A stretch of DNA of 64,000 nucleotides from an uncultured Methanosarcinales archaeon (GTDB taxonomy: Archaea; Nanobdellota; Nanobdellia; Woesearchaeales; JABMPP01), in NCBI GenBank assembly GCA_964604995.1, contig CAZSAD010000005.1, forward strand, positions 3,221 to 67,220, in the 5' to 3' direction. Shown one piece after another: positions 9,201 through 21,200 of the stretch. The translations under genes were made by a program, and so were the position numbers. Every line of letters starts with the position of its first letter. Position 1 is the first letter of the stretch. The notes below the pieces were generated by a model, which made no database searches, was not told the origin of the DNA, and saw nothing but the letters and a program-made list of their open reading frames with translations.

Positions 9201-12200
9201 TTTGGAAACAACACTCAAATAATTAAAATACCTTTGCCAATTATTCACCCTCTTGAAACATTAAATTTTTCATTTAATTATACATCAGAAAATCCTGAAG
9301 AGTTCTATTTTAAAATAAAGGTTCAAACAGAAAATGATACAGATAATGGGAATAATTATGTATATAGTTATGTAAATTCAGTTTTAGCAGGATTTAATTT
9401 ATATGTCATGTCTGCAGAAAGAAAATATCCTACGCCTTCAGAAGAAGGTTTTGTAACACTTCATACAGAAAATCTTGGTAGTAGGCCTTCTTCACAGTTT
9501 ACAGCTTACCATACAAATATAAAAGCTCTTCAATCATTTACAACTTGGATAAATCAAAATTATTCAACAGAAATCGAAGGTGTGATTTATAATATTACAC
9601 TTCTTGAAGTAGTAAAAACACAAGAATATAGTACATTAGGAAAAGCAAAGTTCAAACTTAATTATAATAATGGAACAGAAATATTTGAACTTTTTGCAGG
9701 AGAAACTATTGAATTATCAACTGGCAAATTCTTTGGTTTGATATCTACTCCAAATACTTTTTATGCATATTCTCTTATTGGAAATCTTCGCTATGTGAAT
9801 TCATTTACAGTGCCACCAATACCAATAAAATCTAATTGGGTTAAAATTAATATTACTCTTAAAAATGATACTCTTGGAAACTATTATTCATTCATAAGTT
9901 TTTATCATGCAAACGATACTTCTTTAGAAGATAATTTTGCTGTTGTTTCTTATACAATAAATCCAGATGGTCCAAATATAAGAACATTTAGTGATTGGTA
10001 TTATTACACTACAACAATAAATGAAACAATTCCAATACCTTTTACTCTTGAAAATATTGGCAATAGATATTCAGGTGATGTAAATTTCAGAATAAATATA
10101 TCTGACAAATCGCAGTTTGATCCAAATTTTAACTCTACTTTGCTCTCAGAATTTACATTGCCAGGTCTTTACCCTGGAGAAACTTCTAGTTATTCCTATA
10201 ATTTTACCTGGCAAAAAAGTGGAAAATATTTCTTATTCATGCAAGCGAACATATCAAATGACACTAACCCTTACAATAATCTTCATTATGTTACAATAAT
10301 GGTTGTTAAAAACACAACTAATGTTTCAGCAGAATTAACACTTTCAACATTAAAAGATAATTATGAAATTGGGGAAATAATTAATTTAACTGATCCGCCT
10401 GCAATAATTAATTCAAAAGCAACGCTTTCTCCAATACAATTTTCAAATTCAATAACTGGCAATGCCATTAATTTACCAACTGAACAATTTACTAATTTTG
10501 ATGATACATCTATGTTTTATCAAACCAGAAAAAATTATCCAACTAATTATACAAATAAAACTTTAGAATACAATGGTTATATTGTAAAATTCAAAAAAGA
10601 GCCAATAACAAAACAAAAAGTAAATTTAGAAAATGAAATAATAAAGCAAAAACAAATCACTCAAACATTATCTTTAACAAATAACAATCAAATAGCTGCA
10701 AGTAAACCAAATCAACAAAATTCTTTATTATTAACTGCATCAGATAAATTACAAGTTAATACTAAATTAATAGCTTACCAAGCAGAAATACAATCAGAAC
10801 ACTCTTTAGCAAAAATAGATATTTCTCAAAAATTAAGCAAATCATTAACTAGTAAGATAACAGGGGAATTTACAAAAACATTCAATGGAATTGCACTAGA
10901 TATAACTGATGCAGAAGCCCAACAGTTAAAATCAAGTTTTTATGTTGAAGAAGTTTATCCTAATTACAAAGTCTATGCAACATTAATGGACTCTGTTCCA
11001 TTAATTGGTGCAGATAAAGTTTGGCAAATAAATTCTTATGGAACACCTTGCATCAAATATGGTGGAACTGAAGAATGCTTAACTGGCAAAGGTGTAACAA
11101 TTGCAGTAATTGATACTGGTGTTGATTATACTCATCCTGATTTAGGTGGCTGTTTTGGATCGGGCTGCAAAGTTGCAGGAGGATATGATTTTGTTAGCAA
11201 TGATAATAACCCAATGGATGATAATGGACATGGAACACATGTAGCTGCAACAGCAGCAGGCAATGGAACATTAAAAGGAGTTGCACCTGGTGCAACTATT
11301 TATGCTTACAAAGTTCTTAATAGTGGCGGCTCAGGTTCCACCAATAACATTATTGCAGCAATAGAACGTTCTGTTGATCCGAATAATGATAATGATTTTA
11401 CAGATCATTTAGATATTATTTCCATGAGTCTTGGAGGCTCTGGAACTCCTGATGATCCCTTAAGTCAGGCGGTAGACAATGCAGTTGACAATGGTGTTAT
11501 TGCAGTTATTGCAGCAGGAAATTCAGGTCAGTTCAATACACCATCTATTGGTAGCCCCGGTAATTCTCGAAAAGCAATTACAGTAGGTGCAACATATAAT
11601 AAACATTCTTATAATTATTATTCTGAAATAAAACTCAACGCCACAGTTGGCGGCAGTATGGGTGACACTGATTATTTTGAAAGTATACCTGTTCTTGGTT
11701 CAATGCCTACCAATGCAAATTATCAATTGCATGATTGGATATATGCCGGAACAGGAACCATATCTAATTTTACTTCTAAAAATTTCACAAATAAAATAGC
11801 TTTGATATATTTAGATGGTGTAGAATATCCAGAAATATTATTGGAAAGAGCAATAGCATCAAATGCATATGCTGTAATATTTTATTTCAATCCTTATCCA
11901 AATAAAATTACTGATTATTATTTTCCATTAGCATATGATATTGAAATTCCATCAGCAGTCATTGCTACTAATGATATTACTACTCTTTTTGAATATACTC
12001 AAATAAATCAACCAATAAGTCTTTATTTGAATATTTCATTGGTGACTAATATTACAGATGCAGATAAAGTGCCTTATTTTAGTTCACAAGGTCCATCATT
12101 CGATGAATTTTATGCAATTGGAATCAAACCAGAAATAGTTGCCCCAGGATATGATATTTGTGCTGCTTTGACTTACAATGGTGTTTTTCCAAAATATGAA

Positions 12201-15200
12201 AGAGCATGCGGCCAAGGACATACTCCTCTTTCAGGAACAAGCATGGCAACTCCTCATGTTTCAGGAGCATCAGCACTGCTAAAACAAGCACATCCTGATT
12301 GGGGAAACAAAGAAATAAAATCTGCTTTGATGGTATCTTCAACATCTCTTGGAGAAAATCCAAATATCTTTGGTACCGGAAGAATAAATGTTACATCAGC
12401 ATTACATCCAAGAATTTATTTAAGTGAACCCACTTTGAATTTTGGGCATATTAAATTTAACGACGAAAAAACAATAACATTTACTATAAAAAATTTATTC
12501 CCTGACCAAACTATAATAAATTTAAATTTTTCATCAGTTGATTCCAATGTTCAATTGATTGTCAGTCCAAATGTTGTCAATCTTAATCCTAACGAAGAAA
12601 AACAAGTTACAGTACACTTGAAATATTTGCACGATGAACCCTCTTACTTAACACCTCTTACAAATTATCTTACAATCCAAGGTGATACCAATGCAAAAAT
12701 ACCTTTATTATATTATAAAACTACAAACAGATCAATAGTTGGATTCACTCAAGACCCTGGAGAAATTTCTTCATCATTAATACCACGTTTCTATACATTA
12801 AAACTTAACGATATTAATAACGATGGATATGTTGAGATGTTAGGGGGCAGTAGTGCACTTTTTAGTTTTAACAATTTTGAAAATAATATTTCAGATTATA
12901 ATATTTTATATGCTCCCCCTTGTATTTATGATATGTATAGTGAAGGTTGTTATCCAGATACAGTTGAATCAATAGCTGTTGAAGATTTTAACCATGATGG
13001 AAATAAAGAAATTCTTGTTGGAGGGGTACAAGGATATCTTAGGCTTCTGGAAAAAAATTATAATCCTAAAAATTTGACAAAAACAATAGTTAGTTCAGAA
13101 AACTTTACTTTTGGAAATTATAATTTTACGACATCTATAAATCCATATGGTCAATTAATAGTATCTGCTAAAAATGTTGACAATCCCTTATTTATTACTT
13201 TTTTTAATCTTAGAATTAGTGAAAGTGAATATGATAGTGAATATGGATACATTGAGAATATTATTTTTCATTTGGTAAGTTTGCAAAATGGCATTGCAAT
13301 AGTTGAATTACAAGAAAATGAATATAAACCAACTATGCTAAATAAGTTTAGAGAACAATTATGGGCAATGGACTCAGCAGATTTTAACAATGATGGTTGG
13401 CAGGATGTTGTTTTCTCTTATTCTCCTTTGCCTTTTGTTTATAATGTTTCCATTCTTTTTAATGATGGGAACGGAAATCTAAACAACCTTTATACAATAT
13501 ATAACCTATATGGTAATCAAATTTCTGGTTTAACTGTCGGAGATGTTGATAATAATGGATTTAAAGATGTAATAATAGGATATTCTATTTCTCCTAATAG
13601 CATCTATAAAACCTATGGGGTAACAAAATTACTTAAAAATAATGGCAACAACAAGTTTTATGATAGTGGAGTTATATCTACATATGGCACAGGAATCTCA
13701 GGTCATCCAGAAAATGATATTAATCCAAGAGTTGTACTAGCTGACTTTGACAATGATGGCAATCTTGAACTTGTGATTGGAGATAACAGTGGAAAAATTA
13801 GGATATTAAAGAAAGACAATACTGGCAGATATAATGAAGATTTATTAATAAATAAAGGCCTGCTTTTTGACTTTGGTCAATTATCATGGGGAGTTGCAGC
13901 AAGCGATATTAATAATGATGGTAAAATTGATTTGGTGGTTGCTTCTGCTTCAAGAAATGATTTTTATAGATTTTCACTTTATACTAAATTGAATAATGGT
14001 AATTTTACTAATTTTGCACCAGTTCGTCCAAAATCACAAATAATAAACAATGGAACAATAAATATAACTGGATATTTGTTTATGGATGTTGAACAATTCT
14101 TAGGCAATTCTTGGCAAGGATACCAAATGGTTTATGAAGATACTTTACCAAGAACAATTCCTGCAAATAATGTCCAAGCATTAGATACTATTTGGAACAA
14201 TTATAATATTTCAATTAATAATCCTGGAAAATACAGAGTTCATGCAGAGTTTAGAGATGCATATAGTGGAGAGCCAATTCAAACAACAACTGGCTATCTA
14301 AATAATTATTGGGAGTTTAATGTTAGTGGAACAATTCCAACTTTGCCTTCAGCACAACTAACTTTATCAACATTAAAAGATAATTATGAAACTGGAGAAA
14401 TAATTAATTTAACTGATCCACCAACTGGAGAAATAAACACTGCAAATGTGAATAGACTCGTAAAAAACAATGAAGATTCAATTGCTTTGCTAAATATTTT
14501 AGAAGATGCTGCTGCAAAAAGCAAACAGGAAAATAAATTTTCAGAAGGAATTATTGAACAAACCCCTACCTTTTCAAATCTTCCAAAATATGTTAAAGGA
14601 GAGTTAATAGTAAAACTAAAAAATGATATTTCAAATAAGATTAGTGCCAATGTTGTCAAAACAGATATCAGTACCTTAGACAGTTTAAACAGCAAATATG
14701 GCGTTAAGAATATTGAGAATGTTTTCCCTGCTAAACATGAAAGCTTTTTTGAAAGTTTGGCAAATAATGTAAAACAAACATTCAACATAGAAGTTCCTTC
14801 AAGAGAGTTAAATAAAGTATACAAAATTAAAATTAATCAAAATACAGATGTTGAAAAAGTTGTAAAGGAATACAGTGCAGTTTCTGAAGTTGAATATGCT
14901 GAGCCTAATTATATTTATTATACTAATTTTGTTCCAAATGACAAGCTTTATTCACAGCAATGGTCTCATCAAATAACAAGTGCTGAGATTGCATGGGATA
15001 CTGAAAAAGGAAGCTCTTCTACAATCATTGCAATTATAGATACGGGAGTAGATTATAATCATGAAGATCTTAAAACTAATATATGGCACAACCCCAAAGA
15101 AATTCCAAATAATGGAATCGATGATGATAATAATGGATATGTAGACGATACAATTGGATATGATTTTGTTGATTATCAAGAACTAGTTGATTATTGCAAT

Positions 15201-18200
15201 GCAAATCCCAATATCTGCAGGATATCTCCAAGAGAAGATTATCTCAAATTAGACAATGATCCAATGGATGTTGTTGGGCATGGAACACATTGTTCAGGGA
15301 TTGCTGCTGGAGTTGGCAACAATAATTTGGGGATAATAGGAATATGTCCTTCATGTAGCATAATGCCAGTTAGGGCAGGAATGTTAATTGAAATAAATTC
15401 AAATGGCCAATATTATCAAAGTGGTGGCCTTAGTGATGATGCAATTGTAAATGGGATTAAATATGCTACAGATAACGGAGCTAGAGTAATAAGTATGAGC
15501 TTTGGAGGAAGGGAATATTCACAACTTCAGAAAGATATGATTGATTACGCATACAGCAAAGGTGTTGTTCTTATTGCTGCTGCAGGAAATGAGAATACCG
15601 CTGAAAAACCATACCCTGCAGGTTATGATAATGTGCTTTCAGTTGGTGCAACAGATGAATTAGATAATAAAGCATCTTACTCAAATTATGGGGATTGGGT
15701 TGATGTAGCAGCGCCTGGAAGCAACATACTTAGTACAGTACCAACAAAAATAAGTTACAGTTCAGAGCTTAAACTTGGATATAGTTTATTTGATTCCTAT
15801 CCTTTTGAATATTCTGCAATAGTGGAAGATGAAAGTGTTCATGGCATGTTGGCTAATGCAGGTAATGGAACAATAGAAGAACTAAATAATGTTAACCTTA
15901 CTGGAAAAATAGTTCTTATTAAAAGAGGAGATATTTCATTTCATGATAAAGTTGAAAATGTTTATAATAAAGGTGCAATTGGTGTTATAATCTATAATAA
16001 TGCACCTGGTAGTTTTATAGGCACGTTAGTTAATCAATCAAAAATACCTGCAGTAAGTGTAAGTGAGGTAGTTGGAAATTCTTTGCTTTATTATGTTAAT
16101 AGCTCTTTGATAAATATTTCAATAAAAGTAAATAAGATAACAGAAAATTATGAACTTGAAAGCGGAACTTCTATGGCAACACCTTATGTTGCAGGAATTG
16201 CAGGATTGTTGCTATCGAAAGAACCTAGCCTAAAAAATAGTGAAGTTTATGCTAAAATTATTACCGGAATAGATTTGATTCCTGATAAAACTATAGGTCA
16301 AGGTAGGGTCAATGTTACAAAAGCATTACAAGAAAATCCTAATTCTATTATAACTCTGGAAAATGTGAATATTAATGCTAACACTGAATATAATGAGATA
16401 AATCCCGGAGCAGCAGTTGATATTTATTTTACATTAAAAAATATCGGCGCAAATGCGGGAGATGTTCAAGGAAGTATTATAATTGATAATTCTTATGCAA
16501 CTGTATCTGAAGGGAATATTGATTTTGGAACAATGGATACACTTGCAATAAGAAAAAACACTGCTCCATTTATAATAAAAATAAATAATAATACTCCTAA
16601 AGGAACTAAAATAAATGTTAAGTTAAAATTGACTTCTGCTAATTCTAACTATTCACCTGAATTTGATGTACCAATATATACTTCAAAAACAATAGTTGTT
16701 GGCAAGGATAATCAAAGTGATTATAAAAACATAGGTGATGCTGTAAAAAATGCAAATAGTGGCGATATAATTTTTATCAAAAATGGAATTTATAATGAAA
16801 CTATTACAATAGACAAAAATAATCTAAAGATTATTGGAGAGTCAAGAGATAATACTATCCTTAGTACTAATAATTCATTTGGTGTAGCATTATATATTGC
16901 AGCTGCAAAAAATGTTATTATTGAAAGTATTACATTTGAGCCAAACTCACAATTAAATATTTATAGGGGATTCTCACAAGAGGGGATATTAATATCTGGA
17001 CAAAGCAGTATTTTACCTTCAAGCAACATAAAAATCAGAAATTCTTCATTTAAAAATCTGGACTATGCAATAGATTTGAATGGTCCAGGTTACATAGAAA
17101 ATGTTACTATTTCAAATTCTACATTTATTGATAATTATGAACCTTTGATAAGAAGTATTAGTATGGGTAATAAGATTATAGATGTTTCTTTTGAGAATAA
17201 TTATGTAATAATCAACAATCTTTCAAAATGGATACCTGATGATAGCGGAGGAAATGCTTATGCTTTTTTCAATGATGGTTTGTCCAGCATAGATAATTTT
17301 AGAATAATGGGGAATCATATAATTGATAATGTTAGCAGGGAGCCTAAAAATGCAGTTTCTTTTTTGCATGTATTTATGTTAAACTTTGATGTGGATACTA
17401 AAGATTTAAATAAAAATATTTCAAATAATATATTTGAAAAAACTTATCCTGGAAATTCAAGTACTGCTTTCATACTTGGCGGAAAAAATAATTATTACAT
17501 GTCAAACAACAAATTTGTCGGAAATTATCAACATCTAATTTATAGTCTCGGTTCAAATGTAATAATTGATGGAACAAAACTACAGGACAATATTGGCTCT
17601 GAAGGGGATTATACATATTCTTGTTATTATTTTGGACCAGGCAGTCTTTTAGTTTCGCATAGTGAAATAATAAACGGTACCTTGGAAATTGATTCATGTT
17701 CTGTAAATGATAAAATAAATTATTCAGTTAATTCAAATAGGTATTCTGAGTATACTGGTGAAGATATTAATGGGGATGGAATAGGTGATACTCCTCAGAA
17801 GATTTATGACCAAAATGGAAATTTTATAACACAGGACAATACACCATTAATTTTATTTTCAGGTATAAAATTAACTCGTCCAAAATCACAAATAATAAAC
17901 AATGGAACAATAAATATAACTGGATATTTGTTTATGGATGTTGAACAATTCTTAGGCAATTCTTGGCAAGGATACCAAATGGTTTATGAAGATACTTTAC
18001 CAAGAACAATTCCTGCAAATAATGTCCAAGCATTAGATACAATTTGGAACAATTATAATATTTCAATTAATGATCCTGGAAAATACAGAGTGCATGCGGA
18101 ATTTAGAGATGCATATGGTGGAGAGCCAATTCAAACAACAACTGGCCTTCTAAATAATTATTGGGAGTTTAATGTTAGTGGAACAATTCCAATAATTCCA

Positions 18201-21200
18201 TCAGGAGAATTAAATTTATTCACATCAAAAAATAATTATCTACAACAAGAGTCAATAATACTAACTAGTAATTCAAAAATAGAAAATACTGGTTTAATCC
18301 CAATTACCGGCTATTTATCTGCTAATATCGAGCAATTTAACATTTATTATCAAATAAACGAAGAAACTGATAAAAAGAAAATTGGGAATGAATACAATTT
18401 CTTAGAACTTGGAGAGGCAATTAATGCAACTGGTCAGACAATATTCTCATCAAATGATTTAAATGCACTTTCAAATGAAACTTTCCAAAATTCTCTTGGA
18501 ACATTTACATATACTCAAAAATTAGAATTACCTTCTGCAAAAGTTGTTTTTGAAGAAGATACTGATCAATCAAATGATCCAAGCTTATACTTAAAATTCG
18601 ATGCAAATAAACCAGCATACACCTACACTTTGCAATTTACTCCTCCAATTGAAAGCGGAATCATAAATCAAACTCTTAAAGATCTACAAGGACATAATTT
18701 GCAATTATTTGACAAAACTTTTCAAATAATTTCTGCAAAAAATGAAAGTAACAAATTATCCTTAAATTTATTACAAACAGAATTAGTTGATATCTTACAA
18801 GAAGGCTCAACAAAAACTTATACTCACAATGGAAAAGACTACCAAGTAACAGCAAGTTACATCTCAAGTAGCGAAGCAAGGTTTACAATAAATGGTGAGA
18901 CAACTGATAAATTATCGGAAGGAGAAACTTACACTTTAGTCGATGGAACAAGAATTGGTGTTTTTGATATAATAACTAATTTTATTGGGGAAAATTTATC
19001 AAATAATTTTGTTCAATTTGGTTTAGGAGTAAATAACTTAAAAATAACTGATTACAATCCTTCAACAGCTAATTGGGATGCAAAAGTAGCTGATGGCAAT
19101 GAAGATTTAATGAATTTAAAAGCAGATATTATAGTTACAAGTTTTTCAAATGGTATTACTAAAATAAAAGAATTAAAATTTAAATATCTTCCTTCAACAG
19201 ATCTGCATGTACCAATTAGTGGAAAATTAAGCACAATAGCAGAGTATGAAGAAAGTGAACTAGGAAATGTTCTTGTCAATGGTTTTGATGTTCAATTAAA
19301 AGGATTTAATGAAACTCAATTAAATTGGGAAGCAATAAAAATCTTTAGCAGTTCAAGTCTTAGTTATAATTTAATATTTAGAAATAGAAATGGACAAACA
19401 TATAACATTCCTGTTTGGGGATACGATAATTCATCTAGAAAAATTAAACTAGGTTATAGGGATGATTATTCATTTAAAAATTTAATAATAAATGAAGCAA
19501 TACCTATCTTAACTAATGAATATTTTATATTAAGCCCATCCTCAACACAAAAAACACACATCTTCCAATTCAATAGTGTAAACACAAATGATAACACTTT
19601 CAAAATAAAAGATTTAATGGAAGGTGGTTCAACAATAGAAGTAACTAATGCAACATCTTTTGTTGTTGATGGAACAGCATATTATGCTTATTATAATGGT
19701 TCAGGAAGTGATGCAAAGATTTATGTTGATTTAAATGGCGATGGAATAATTCAACAAGGTCAAAAAGTAGACAAAATATATACCTTTTATTCTGGAAGCG
19801 ATGGATATTTGCAGCTTATTCAAAATAATATTTCAACAAATGCCTCAGGAATTTTTGTAACACAAAAAACTCAAAACCTGCCTCAAAATAATTTCCAAGA
19901 AAAAATAAAATGGAAATTTTATTTTAATTACACTTCAAATAAAATAATGCTTGATAGTCCCATCAATGATTTTGGATCTTATGATTCAATGAAAAAATTA
20001 GATTCACTAGACAAATATGTTGGTCTAACTTACTATGGCGCTTATGGCGACTATGATTATGGAAATGCACAAAGTCCATTATTAGAATTCCAATATCCCA
20101 ATCAACAATTAGAAATACTTGTTTATGTTATGGGTAATAATTATCCTACACCTCAAGCAATTTCAAGTTGGCAACATTATAGCACTATTATAGATGAAAA
20201 CTTTTCAAGAACAGTTCCTGCAAATAATGTCCAAGCATTAGATACTATTTGGAACAATTATAATGTTTCAATTAATGATCCTGGAAAATACAGAGTTCAT
20301 GCAGAGTTTAGATATGAATATGGTGGAGAGCCAATTCAAACAACAACTGGCCTTCTAGAAAATGTTTGGGAGTTTAATGTTAGTGGAACATCATCACAAT
20401 ATCAAATGCAAATAACCTATCCACAAAATAATTCCATAATACTTAGTAGTTCTACTCAAGTATTAGTAACTACAAATACTCCTTCTTCTTGCGATTATTC
20501 ATACATGGTAGTTTCTTCAAATGGTGTAGGTGTGGGCTCACCAACTATATTTATGTCAACAACAGATGCATATCATTTTTCTGCAACAATTAATAATTTA
20601 CTCTATGGTGATAATGTTACAGTTCATGCATATTGCTATTCTAATGAGGGTAATGTTTATGCAACCTCTTCAGTATTTTTTAGAGTTCAAATTTCTTCGC
20701 AATGTGGAAATAATTTATGTGAAGGCAATGAAACAGTGCAAAGCTGTCCAATTGATTGTAGGGAAGTAAACTATCCAGAATACTGCCCACAATATAACAA
20801 AGCAAATAATGATAATAGTAACCATGGACCAGGGGGAAACTTGGGAAATTCTTTATCACTTTCTACAAAAACAAATTTTGATACATTAAGTGAAGAAACT
20901 TTAAAGAAAATTATTATTCAAGGTGATATTCAAAAATTTAAATCATTAAAACTTTCAGTGCAAATGATAAGTCCTGGAATTTTTAGTGTAACTTCTAAAA
21001 ATCAAAGAATCGATGTAATGCAGCAAAAACTGCCTGAAATAGCAACACTAATGGATAGCAATGGAAATAAATTTGTTGTAAATCTTGCTGTAGTTTTTAA
21101 TGAGCAATATGCAAATGGTTACATTGTTGAGTTTGAAGGATTGTCATTAGTTGAATACAAAAAACAACTTGAATTAAATATCAAAGATATGCAAACCAAA

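Noticed and set aside
14025-20390. Considered whether the near-identical intragenic repeats could be template/variable repeats of a diversity-generating retroelement
   Set aside because: No reverse transcriptase ORF (no YxDD-containing protein) in the window. All copies are in-frame coding parts of the same gene. The substitutions between copies are not adenine-specific: t>a, a>g, t>g, g>a, t>c are all seen.
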